The translations under genes were made by a program, and so were the position numbers. DNA of 64,000 nucleotides from Sedimentisphaerales bacterium. GTDB taxonomy: Bacteria; Planctomycetota; Phycisphaerae; Sedimentisphaerales; SM23-30. The stretch is taken from the NCBI GenBank assembly GCA_963663805.2, contig CAXXMR010000011.1, positions 32,001-96,000 of the forward strand, written 5' to 3'. The notes beneath the pieces were generated by a model that was not told the origin of the DNA, ran no database searches, and saw only the letters and a program-made list of their open reading frames with translations. Positions 30,799-39,516 of the stretch are shown here, piece by piece; the stretch's first letter is position 1, and each line of letters starts with the position of its first letter.

Positions 30799-31497
30799 TT
30801 AATGACCTAGTACACCACTTTGTTTGAGTGTTCGTTTGGCACGATATTTTTCAAAATCCTCTTTTTTTTGTTCTTTTGCTGATTCGGGCCATTTATCATT
30901 TGCCAAGGTGCATAATGGGTCCATCCATGTTGATGAAGCCGCGCCAAAATCACGTGCCATTACTCTGGCCTCATTACATCCGATCCATTTTTCTGACTTA
31001 CCCAAAAGATAATCTAACCGAGCAAAGAATACTTGATATAATGCCCCCTGGTTTTCCATTTCGACCCTGCTGAACACGTCAATATTTTCCATTCCATCAG
31101 GCATGTTCTGCACTCCGGTATATGGATTACCACTAACAGCATCGGCAATAGTAACTTCCCTGATAACAATTTTAGTTCCATTATCAACTGCTTCAGTTTG
31201 GATATACCAATAGTCAAACCCAGATGCCGCCGCAAGTACGGCATAGAAAAACCATTGCCTTTGAGCTAAACAACCATGTTGACCGTGTGAAACTTCGTAA
31301 TCTTTATCCGCCAATCTGAATAGCTCATCTACCGCAGTTAAAACTTTCTCTTCTGAAACATTTTCGTATATTCGGGTTCTCTGCGAATCATACTGTTTTC
31401 GTAAGGTTAAGGATTCTTCACGGGTAAGCCGCTGGGGAGCACACCCCATAACTATCATAGAGGTTAATATAAGTAGTGTGATTTGTTTAATTTTCAT
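30799..31497 (-). CDS. Lipoprotein (paralog of 31893-32594)
   Basis: MKIKQITLLILTSMIVMG-C lipobox; GGAG RBS. Confidence 0.8.
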   Translation of the reverse strand: MKIKQITLLILTSMIVMGCAPQRLTREESLTLRKQYDSQRTRIYENVSEEKVLTAVDELFRLADKDYEVSHGQHGCLAQRQWFFYAVLAAASGFDYWYIQTEAVDNGTKIVIREVTIADAVSGNPYTGVQNMPDGMENIDVFSRVEMENQGALYQVFFARLDYLLGKSEKWIGCNEARVMARDFGAASSTWMDPLCTLANDKWPESAKEQKKEDFEKYRAKRTLKQSGVLGH

Positions 31498-31535
31498 AAT
31501 TTACTCCAAGCGTCACGCCCTGGATGGGATATCGT

Positions 31536-31868
31536 TCATTGCTTCATTGGAACCCGTACTAAGTAGTGAACATCGTAAATATTAAATTTTTTGTAACGCA
31601 ACAAAGTCTCACGCGACACAATTTCATAGTTGACTGTTTCTATGTTGTTATCCGAAAGCCAAATTTCCAACCATTTGATACGCGTTTTTTCAGCGTTGTC
31701 ACTTTCCAATGGATATCTCGCATCTGTCCTTACAGTATATTCATAATATTGAAAACCATCTTGTGTATTCTTGGGCTTAAACTCGGTCATGTCCATACGA
31801 TCGTAAGGGGTGCACCCCATAACAATCATAAAGATTACTATAAGTAATACTATTTGTTTGATTTTCAT
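31536..31868 (-). CDS. Small lipoprotein
   Basis: MKIKQIVLLIVIFMIVMG-C; the signal is nearly identical to that of 30799-31497. Confidence 0.8.
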   Translation of the reverse strand: MKIKQIVLLIVIFMIVMGCTPYDRMDMTEFKPKNTQDGFQYYEYTVRTDARYPLESDNAEKTRIKWLEIWLSDNNIETVNYEIVSRETLLRYKKFNIYDVHYLVRVPMKQ

Positions 31869-31892
31869 TCTGACTCCAAAATGATACGTACT

Positions 31893-32594
31893 TTATTGAT
31901 AATAAGCCGCCTTTCCCATTTCCTGCTCTCTTTCCTTCTGAATGAGTGTTCGCTTTTTCAACTCTTTTTCTTTGCAATCTTTCGCAGATTCAGGCCATTT
32001 ATCATGGGCAGAAGAACATAATGGTCCAAGGATAATTGATGGCTCCCCGAACTCAGATGCTATTTCTTCGGCCCCGTAACAACTAACCCATTCTTCAGTT
32101 TTACCCAGTAGATGGTCTAAACGGGCAAAGAATACTTGATATAAACCACCTTGTCGCTCCATTTCATTTCGGCTAAATACATCGATGTTTTCCATTCCAT
32201 CAGGCATATTCTGAACCCCGGTATATGGATTCCCGCTGACAGCATCCTCAATAGTAACTTCTCGGATTACTATTTTTACTCCATTATCGACTTCTTGTGT
32301 TTGGATGTACCAATAATCTTGACCAAACACTGCTGCAACAACCAAATAAGCAGACCATTTCCGGTGGGCCATGCAACCATGTTTCCCATGGGATAGTTCG
32401 TAATCTTCATCTGCTAATCTAAATAACTCATCTACGGCATTAAGGACTTCCTCTTCAGATGCATTTTCATATATTCGCGTTCTTTGCGAATCATATTGTT
32501 CACGTAAAGCTAAAGATTCTTCACGGGTAAGCCGTTTGGGGGCACAGCCACCAATAATTACTATACATATAACAACACAAAAAAACTTTTTCAT
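31893..32594 (-). CDS. Lipoprotein (paralog of 30799-31497)
   Basis: MKKFFCVVICIVIIGG-C; shares RLTREESL and DAVSGNPYTGVQNMPDGMENIDVFSR with its paralog. Confidence 0.8.
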   Translation of the reverse strand: MKKFFCVVICIVIIGGCAPKRLTREESLALREQYDSQRTRIYENASEEEVLNAVDELFRLADEDYELSHGKHGCMAHRKWSAYLVVAAVFGQDYWYIQTQEVDNGVKIVIREVTIEDAVSGNPYTGVQNMPDGMENIDVFSRNEMERQGGLYQVFFARLDHLLGKTEEWVSCYGAEEIASEFGEPSIILGPLCSSAHDKWPESAKDCKEKELKKRTLIQKEREQEMGKAAYYQ

Positions 32595-32745
32595 CCTTTC
32601 AAACCCTGTTCCAATGTCCATGCCGCAATATCAGCGGCTAGCACAATTACCCGCCCCAGGACACCCGACCTTCCCGTACTGGGGTATTACTCTTAACTTG
32701 TTAGATTGTCATAACTGTTTATGTTTACTTCCCTCAAAACCAAAG

Positions 32746-33589
32746 TTATGTGTCCAAAATATCAGGATTGTTCAGCGACTTTTTCTCTTCGGAAGTCAGA
32801 CGGCGTTCTACTTTTTTTTACATCCTCAGCCGGGGGTAATGATTCCGGGCGAATCCCTCGGTCAAGCAAGGTTTTGCGGACGGCCTGGTTATTGGTGACG
32901 TGTTCTTGCGAAATGGCTCTCTCTGTGGTCATGTTGTTGGTACGAGAGTTATGAATAGTGATTTCGGTAGCGAAATCCTTGGCTTTGAGAATAATCGTTG
33001 GGGCAAAGTCCGCTAAGGGCCTGCTGTCGGGAACTTTCCAGTGTGATTTCATTTGCTGGGTGGACTTGCCAAACAGGGCCTGGTCGCCTTTGCTGCGGAT
33101 AATTCCGAAATTCTTATTACCCCCGGTCTGTTCGTATATTACCGAAGATAGTTCTTTCTCGGTCTGGGTCAATTTTTTACGGGCCGAAACTCGTTCGGAT
33201 TCCAGCATACGTTGTTCGATAAGCTCTGCATGACGGGTCTGTAAGGCAAAATAGGTCTGGGCAAAAGCTATCTGTTCCTTGCGAGGATCGCCATTTTGGG
33301 CAACCAGATAGCAGGCGTAGCGGGTGAGCATTGTATCGTCAATTTCCCGTTGGCTACCAGAACCCAAATCAACCATTTTGCTGACGTCGGCAAAATGGTC
33401 TAAAATGTTATGGTCAGAAACTTCACAGGCGGTTTTTGCCTTGGAAATTACAGCAGTAAAGTTACTCCACTTGGTATATCCCAAAAGATGCTGTAAGTCC
33501 CTTGCCAGCCAAAACTCCACGCCGGAATCGGTCTCTTGGGCGTGGTCTTCAAAATTAACCGTCAATGTAATAATCGTGTTTTTTTCCAC
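32746..33589 (-). CDS. dinD: DNA damage-inducible protein D (BRO-N domain); one extra A in a homopolymer near the 3' end
   Basis: [77 protein letters not shown]. Removing one A gives [13 protein letters not shown]...*. Confidence 0.9.
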
Positions 33590-33887
33590 TTCTATCCCCT
33601 GTCAATTTCCTAAATTATTTAATTGGTATAACCATTTGCAATTACTTAACTTATCAAAAAAGTTTGTTTTTTAGCAAAAAATGCCCAGAAAAAGCCTTGA
33701 AGTTAGCCGTTTGTTAGGGTAACCTGTCCCTTAATGGCAGAACCGACTGAGGCCCTAACGGGGGGCATGTCAAACCGCAGCCTAAAATTGCTTCCAGATC
33801 GACGGAATATTAGTATGGCAAACGAAACGAAATTATCGGAAGTTATTGAAATTATTACCAGTTACACACAAAAAAACACCAAGGGGA

Positions 33888-34187
33888 TTAACCCTTTTGA
33901 CCGGGCTTTTGTTTCTGGCCTTGACGAAGAGCTCGGCCCACTTTACGGCCCGCCTCAATACGGTCATCCACAATCTGATTAATAAGCTCAATAAAAGCTG
34001 TTTCTGGTAGGGATTTATTGAGCAACCGAGCCTGAATCTCTTCAGGCAGGGAGACCCAAAGTCTAATGGCAGCGGAAACGGCTGTCTTTTTAACTTGGCC
34101 TCTTTGTTTGCGCTGAGACTCAAAATCTTGGAATACCTCAATCGGTATATCAGCCGCTATAGTTTTTTCGTCCTTTTGATACGCCAT
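33888..34187 (-). CDS. Small leftward regulator, ribbon-helix-helix-like (candidate repressor)
   Basis: Strand-helix-helix pattern (KTIAADIP...KKTAVSAAIRLW); sits at the divergence point where cI normally lies. Confidence 0.55.
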   Translation of the reverse strand: MAYQKDEKTIAADIPIEVFQDFESQRKQRGQVKKTAVSAAIRLWVSLPEEIQARLLNKSLPETAFIELINQIVDDRIEAGRKVGRALRQGQKQKPGQKG

Positions 34188-34266
34188 AAACTTAGTTTAT
34201 CCAAATAATTACAAGCATTCACTCTAAATAAAAAATATTTTTTCCAAATAATTATAAAGAATTAGT

Positions 34267-34294
34267 TTGACTTCGCCGAAGCTTATAGTAATAT
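34267..34294 (+). promoter_or_regulatory. Sigma70-type rightward (lytic) promoter
   Basis: TTGACT-16nt-TAATAT upstream of the AGGAG RBS of the 34331 gene. Confidence 0.5.
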
Positions 34295-34330
34295 TTACTT
34301 GGAATTACTAATAAACATTAGGAGTGAATA

Positions 34331-34522
34331 ATGGCAACCTTTTATATCACAGATGAAGCCAAGCAAAATCTTGACATACTGGTGAACCTTGAAAAAAGAC
34401 CTATCGGCAAAGAAATAGAATTCCTTGTAGAGCGAAGACTTCGCGAATTAAAAATCCCAATAGTTAATCCCGCCGAGGCGTCCCTGCCCGGCAACAATAG
34501 TGAACTTCAAACAGCTTCGTGA
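34331..34522 (+). CDS. Arc/RHH-like small regulator (Cro position)
   Basis: TFYITDEAKQNLDILVNLEKRPIGKEIEFLVERRL resembles the Arc pattern; strong RBS. Confidence 0.6.
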   Translation: MATFYITDEAKQNLDILVNLEKRPIGKEIEFLVERRLRELKIPIVNPAEASLPGNNSELQTAS

Positions 34523-34606
34523 ATCCCGTCCCTAGGGTAAAGATGAGTCATCCTTGACGGTGAAATAATAGCACACGCCAGGGACATATTCAAGGCAAAA
34601 ATCAAA

Positions 34607-34867
34607 ATGGCTAAAAAGAAGAACCCAAAACTCCCGATTGGCTTTCCGCCATTAATGGTTAATAAGCAGTGGTTGTCCCCCAAAACGATTGCCAGAAACT
34701 TTGAAGTATCCCACAAGACGGCCTTGGAATGGATTTATGATGCGGCGGTAGAAATAAATGCTATAGCGGTGAAGCTGGGGGACTATCGCCGAGCTCCTGT
34801 CAGGATACTGGCAGACGATTTTGAGCGTTATGTTGTAACCAAAATAGTAACCCCCCAGGCCTCATAA
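34607..34867 (+). CDS. HTH / excisionase-like protein
   Basis: WLSPKTIARNFEVSHKTALEWI...VRILADDFERY, an HTH_17-like pattern. Confidence 0.65.
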   Translation: MAKKKNPKLPIGFPPLMVNKQWLSPKTIARNFEVSHKTALEWIYDAAVEINAIAVKLGDYRRAPVRILADDFERYVVTKIVTPQAS

Positions 34868-34876
34868 GGACCAATC

Positions 34877-35194
34877 ATGGTAGCTAATATTGATTTTGAC
34901 AAACCCCAAGAAAAAAAGACCAGCGGGTTGATTATTGAGATTCCAATTGAGGAATACGCCCGGTTGAATGCCTGTGAGCTTGTTTGCAGGAATCTGATTG
35001 CTCAGCGTTTGTTTGAACATGAGCAAGCAAAAAAGCAACCGTTGGTTAAGACTGGCCAGGGCGATTCTGAGCAATGCTATAACCCGCCTAAACCCAAACC
35101 GTACTTTCTCTATTGTCTTGCGTCCCGGCTGGCGGTGCGTTGCCGTCAAGCCGGGCGCAAGATTTTAAGCAGAGGGGGAAACTGCAATGTATAG
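34877..35194 (+). CDS. Phage hypothetical protein
   Basis: AAGGA RBS; coupled to the next ORF. Confidence 0.6.
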   Translation: MVANIDFDKPQEKKTSGLIIEIPIEEYARLNACELVCRNLIAQRLFEHEQAKKQPLVKTGQGDSEQCYNPPKPKPYFLYCLASRLAVRCRQAGRKILSRGGNCNV

Positions 35195-35573
35195 TTTTAC
35201 TCATACAGACACCGTTAGAGCCTCAGATATGCTCTGCGATAAGGCCGAATTGATGAAGTGTAGCCAATGTGAGGTGCTACACAAGATTGACAATATGAAG
35301 CGTTGTGACGCTTGCGGTGAGTTGTTTTGCGATGCCTGCCTGAGTCGATGCGACGGTTGTTTCGGTCGCTTTTGCTATGAGTGTAACGATACAGGGCTGG
35401 GGTGTGATTGTGCTGAATCTGAGGCGGAGTCCTCAGTAATGGATTGTGAGGCCAAGGATGGCCTTCTATCACGGATGACTCGTCACCTCCACAACTTCTT
35501 CGAGCGAAAGGGAAGGGTTGATGAGTCATTGGAATCAACCCCGCACAGTGCGGGCAATACCTTTTGTGGTTAG
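35187..35573 (+). CDS. Cys-rich zinc-finger protein
   Basis: Multiple CxxC pairs (CSQC, CDAC, CDAC, CDGC, CYEC). Confidence 0.65.
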   Translation: MYSFTHTDTVRASDMLCDKAELMKCSQCEVLHKIDNMKRCDACGELFCDACLSRCDGCFGRFCYECNDTGLGCDCAESEAESSVMDCEAKDGLLSRMTRHLHNFFERKGRVDESLESTPHSAGNTFCG

Positions 35574-35631
35574 CAGGGCCTGTGGGACAGTCCTGCTAAC
35601 CAGAACTTTTCTACACTATGGAGGTGTACTT

Positions 35632-36399
35632 ATGAAAGTGGAAATAACAACCACAAACCCGTTTGCTGATGTAACGCTGGAAAAAGTAATGGTAGCTGGC
35701 CAGGAAGTGAATAAGCGGTCAGTTATGATTAAGGACGATCTTGACGAATACCGACCAATATCCGTAGTGGGACCGGAATACAACTTGGTACCCAACAGTG
35801 TTTGTCGTGACGTTATGGACGATGTTATGAGCCGTTCTGAATACGGCTGGCGGGAGCTCAAGACGTTCTGGGACGGCAAACGTTTTATTCAGATGCACAT
35901 CACCCGTGACGCTATCACTTCGGTAAGGAACGGGCAAGAATACCCGTTACATGTGGGACTGATGGTGCGTAATTCTTACGATGGCTCCAGTGCATTCGCT
36001 TTCGAAATGTATGCCTGCAATATGGTATGCAGCAATCAGTATATCAACCGTAATCGCTTTGGTTTTTTCGCCATGCGGCATACCCCCGGTGAATCAGGTA
36101 AGTGGGATGTTAATGACGCCTTACAGAATGTTGGCGTTGGTGCAGACAACTTGTTGCGAATGGCCCCACAGATTCAGCAGATGATGGGTGAGCCTCTTAC
36201 GGCGGATCATATTATTAACGCCCGTCAATCTATCAAACTCCCAGACAGCTACTGGTCAAATACACTGGACCGTCTGGACGAGGAGCCCCGCACCCGGTTC
36301 GGTCTGTTCCAGGCCCTGACCGGGACCGCCAGCCATGACGTTAAGGGTGTCAGAAGTCTGCGGGTGGGTGATTCGGTCGGGACTTATTTTCTCAACTGA
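35632..36399 (+). CDS. DUF932/DUF945-like phage/plasmid protein
   Basis: ISVVGPEYNLVPN, VRNSYDGSSAF, MVCSNQ, MRHT, TRFGLFQALT; GGAGG RBS. Confidence 0.75.
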   Translation: MKVEITTTNPFADVTLEKVMVAGQEVNKRSVMIKDDLDEYRPISVVGPEYNLVPNSVCRDVMDDVMSRSEYGWRELKTFWDGKRFIQMHITRDAITSVRNGQEYPLHVGLMVRNSYDGSSAFAFEMYACNMVCSNQYINRNRFGFFAMRHTPGESGKWDVNDALQNVGVGADNLLRMAPQIQQMMGEPLTADHIINARQSIKLPDSYWSNTLDRLDEEPRTRFGLFQALTGTASHDVKGVRSLRVGDSVGTYFLN

Positions 36400-36408
36400 T
36401 GTTTTTGG

Positions 36409-36453
36409 GCCCTGTCCCGTGCTCCTCCCTCCATAGGTAGCATGGGGCAGGGC
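36409..36453 (+). other. GC-rich hairpin after the DUF932 gene
   Basis: GCCCTGTCCCGTGCT pairs with AGCATGGGGCAGGGC (includes G-U pairs). Confidence 0.5.
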
Positions 36454-36475
36454 GATTATTTGGCAAGTGAATAAT

Positions 36476-36587
36476 GCGGAGGTGGCGGAGTAAGACGCCC
36501 CTATATATGCAGGGTGGTTATGAATCCTAAGCATGTTAAACGGTACATAGCCCTGAACGCAGGATTGTAATACGCCTGCCCTCCGCA
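36476..36587 (+). ncRNA. tRNA-like element (Leu/Ser-type scaffold, aberrant loops, no CCA)
   Basis: Acceptor GCGGAGG/CCTCCGC plus discriminator A; D-arm TGGCGGAGTAAGACGC; T-stem GCAGG/CCTGC with an 11-nt non-canonical loop; long variable stem GGTTATG/CATAGCC. Confidence 0.6.
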
Positions 36588-36614
36588 AGTTTTTAACTTA
36601 TTGGAGACGTAGTT

Positions 36615-37232
36615 GTGTTCCCGGATTTTAGCATATTGGCCGACTTTAACATTCCGAAGCCCTTGCATGGCCTAAACCCCCGAACCATTAAAGGTCAAGG
36701 GTGGTGGGACGAGCAAAGGTGTAAGGCATACAAAAAACACAACTATCATTGTTGGGCCTGTGGAACACACAAATCTAATGGACTTGTTAAAGACCGCTTA
36801 TGGCTGGAAGCTCATGAGCAATATAACTACATAATTGATAAAGGCAAGGGGGTTCTTACTCTGCGAGAAATAGTAGCTCTGTGCCCGGCCTGTCACAATT
36901 TTATACATTCTGGCCGATTGGTCAAATTAGTAGAAAATGAAGAAGTCGATCTGGCTTTTGCGTTCACTATCCTCCACCGTGGCTTGACCTTGCTAAAGAA
37001 AGCGGGAATGGAACCCAATGTTTTTGCGATGCACGCCGCCAATTTACTATCGGAAGAATATCATAACACTCCTTCATGGGCTCAAGAAGTAAAAGTGTGG
37101 CTTGACAAATGGCAACCATCTCCACTTTTCAAGGAAATGCAAAAAATTGAATGGTCCAACTGGTCAATGATTATCGACGGCAAAAAACATGAACCACTAA
37201 CTGAAGAAGAATGGGAGCTTAAATATGATTAA
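36615..37232 (+). CDS. HNH endonuclease-like protein
   Basis: CWACG...LEAHE...IVALCPACHNFIH. Confidence 0.8.
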   Translation: MFPDFSILADFNIPKPLHGLNPRTIKGQGWWDEQRCKAYKKHNYHCWACGTHKSNGLVKDRLWLEAHEQYNYIIDKGKGVLTLREIVALCPACHNFIHSGRLVKLVENEEVDLAFAFTILHRGLTLLKKAGMEPNVFAMHAANLLSEEYHNTPSWAQEVKVWLDKWQPSPLFKEMQKIEWSNWSMIIDGKKHEPLTEEEWELKYD

Positions 37233-37521
37233 TATGATTTCTAACATTTGCTTATGCGGCCAATATCACAAGGCCGACGTGCAGACCTGCCCGACTTGCG
37301 GAAGTCACATCCCGCCAACACATCGTGAGCGGGAATCCCATAGCAAGGCTCTTGCACAATTGGAATTGCGGGCCGCTATATCTCAACTGCACCCAGAGAT
37401 TGACCCGCAGGAATTACAGGATTTTATCGGCCAGTCTAAGGCAAAACGAATAATCGACGCAGACCGCGGTGGCCTGTGCAGAGACCAGGGTGATTTATAT
37501 CTAGAAAGCATGGAGGTGTAA
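37225..37521 (+). CDS. Phage hypothetical protein with a zinc ribbon
   Basis: CLCG...CPTCG. Confidence 0.6.
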   Translation: MINMISNICLCGQYHKADVQTCPTCGSHIPPTHRERESHSKALAQLELRAAISQLHPEIDPQELQDFIGQSKAKRIIDADRGGLCRDQGDLYLESMEV

Positions 37522-37522
37522 T

Positions 37523-38827
37523 ATGAAAGTCAAAAAAATTACTGTTAGTAATCTAAAAGCCGTATCTGAATTAACGGCTGACTTTAATGGTTGCACGGCA
37601 ATTATTACCGGTGGCAACAACAAAGGCAAAAGCAGTTTCCTGCGTAGCTTGCCTGATCGTGTTAGGGGTACAAAGCCTGATGTAGTTGTCAAACAGGGTG
37701 AGAGCGAAGGCTTTGCGGAATGGGAGTTGACTGACGGGTCAAAGTTTGTTTGGAAATTTGACACGAAGACAAAGCGGGGCGAAACCCTTACTTTTACCAC
37801 CAAAGACAATATCAAAACGTCTGTGACTAGAGAAATTGCAAACCGGTACTTTCCCGGTTCATTTGATATCGACAAGTTTCTCAATTCAACCCCAAAGAAA
37901 CAGAGCGAAATCCTTCAGGGGCTTGTCGGCTTAGATTTTGGACAAATCGACGCTCAGTACAAGGCGGCTTATGAGGAACGTACTCGCTGCAATACTATCG
38001 CCAAACTCGAAGCTGATAAGGTTGTTGATATAAATGAGTCTTTGCCCGACACCCCAATTGATACCGATGTGATGTTTGGCCAGATTAACGATGCGAACAC
38101 TGCGAATCACAAACGTTCATCTTTTGCTTTGCGGCTGAAGGATAAAAAAGATGAATTGGTTGCCTTGCAGGAAAAAATCAAATCGTTGCAAAACGATATT
38201 GAAGCTGGTGATAAATGGCTGGATGAACACCCTGTAATTGATGTTGCCGAAATTCAAGTCAAATATAGTCAAGCAACTGAGCAAAACAAAAAGATTGACG
38301 CTAACGAAGCAGCCAAACAACAAAAGTTAGTTGCAGAAACGGCCAAATCCGCCGCCGATATTGCCAACCAAGAGGTTAAACAGCTTGAAGAGCAACGCAA
38401 AGAAATGATTCGCCAAGCCAATCTGCCGGATGGATTCCAGTTTTCAGCGGATGGGATTCTCTACAACGGTTTACCGCTTACCAAAGAACAGCAGAGCAGC
38501 TCCGGCCTTTATATCGCCGCCCTGAAGCTTGCCAGCATGAATCTTGGTGAGGTTCGCACTCTGCACTTTGACGCTTCAACACTCGACAGGAATAACCTAA
38601 CCGAGATTGAAAAGTGGGCTAATGCTAACGATTTGCAACTACTCATCGAGCGGCCTGACTTTGACGGCGGGGATATTCAATACGTAATTTTGTCTGAAGT
38701 CAATTGCAACAAACAAGAAGAAGAAAAAAAGGCTAAGGTAGATGTAGATGAAGATGAAGATGAAGACAACTATTCAGACAACGGGCACTTAACAGAAGCA
38801 GACTACCAAACCTGGATGAATCTCTAA
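37523..38827 (+). CDS. SMC/AAA_23-like ATPase with coiled coil
   Basis: KVKKITVSNLKAV; Walker A GGNNKGKSS; central coiled coil; QSSSG signature-like motif; LHFD. Confidence 0.8.
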   Translation: MKVKKITVSNLKAVSELTADFNGCTAIITGGNNKGKSSFLRSLPDRVRGTKPDVVVKQGESEGFAEWELTDGSKFVWKFDTKTKRGETLTFTTKDNIKTSVTREIANRYFPGSFDIDKFLNSTPKKQSEILQGLVGLDFGQIDAQYKAAYEERTRCNTIAKLEADKVVDINESLPDTPIDTDVMFGQINDANTANHKRSSFALRLKDKKDELVALQEKIKSLQNDIEAGDKWLDEHPVIDVAEIQVKYSQATEQNKKIDANEAAKQQKLVAETAKSAADIANQEVKQLEEQRKEMIRQANLPDGFQFSADGILYNGLPLTKEQQSSSGLYIAALKLASMNLGEVRTLHFDASTLDRNNLTEIEKWANANDLQLLIERPDFDGGDIQYVILSEVNCNKQEEEKKAKVDVDEDEDEDNYSDNGHLTEADYQTWMNL

Positions 38828-38842
38828 AAGAAAGGCGTAACT

Positions 38843-39514
38843 ATGAATAATCCAGAAACTACAGATTTAGTTTTACAGGAGCTTGAGAGCATTGCCGCTG
38901 ACTTTCAGGCTGAGGGGGATAGTGTCGAACAGGACCGGTACTGCGAATGGTACATGCAAAAGTTGTTCGAGATTGACGCCGTTGAGGAACGCATTAAAGA
39001 GCAGTACCAGATTATGCTCAGGGAATTACAGACCCGCCGCAAGGCCTTGCAATTCAAGTGCGGGCAAAACTTCCGGCAACGAGTTGAAGCTATGCTCTTG
39101 GCCAACGGCAGGAAGAAAGACGGAAGTCTCAAAAAGAAATCCGTCAACCTTCTAACCGGCAAGGCAGGGTATCGCAGCAGTCGGCCCACGGTGGAGTTCA
39201 TTGATGAGGAAGCGGCGAAGAAGTGGGCGGTCAAAAACCTTACTGTCGGACAATTGTTCGACGCCACAAGCAGTGTTGATAAGGTGCCCTTGGTCATCGA
39301 ATGTATCAAGGAATATGGTTTAGAGAAAGCCATCAAGTCTCTGAACAAGACTCCGTTCCTTGAGCATTTCATGGAAACCGGCGAACTCCCTGACGGCGTG
39401 GAGTTTGTCGAGACTCAGGATAAATTTTATCCACAGGTCAAGGACATGGAATTGCCACCGACTCCACTCACGCTCCAGATTACAGGTTCTCCAGTAAAGA
39501 AAGAAGGTGAATAA
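38843..39514 (+). CDS. Gam / Gp157-like host-nuclease inhibitor
   Basis: KKSVNLLTGKAGYRSS, SLNKT, TGELPDGVEFVE. Confidence 0.7.
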   Translation: MNNPETTDLVLQELESIAADFQAEGDSVEQDRYCEWYMQKLFEIDAVEERIKEQYQIMLRELQTRRKALQFKCGQNFRQRVEAMLLANGRKKDGSLKKKSVNLLTGKAGYRSSRPTVEFIDEEAAKKWAVKNLTVGQLFDATSSVDKVPLVIECIKEYGLEKAIKSLNKTPFLEHFMETGELPDGVEFVETQDKFYPQVKDMELPPTPLTLQITGSPVKKEGE

Positions 39515-39516
39515 CA

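Noticed and set aside
30799..32594. Integron cassette array or DGR template/variable pair
   Set aside because: The short intergenic gaps show no attC-like ends, differences between paralogs are not adenine-specific, and there is no integrase or reverse transcriptase.
33734..33982. 82-aa ORF overlapping the candidate repressor on the opposite strand
   Set aside because: No clear RBS or motif; it cannot be supported, although an antisense regulatory transcript is not excluded.
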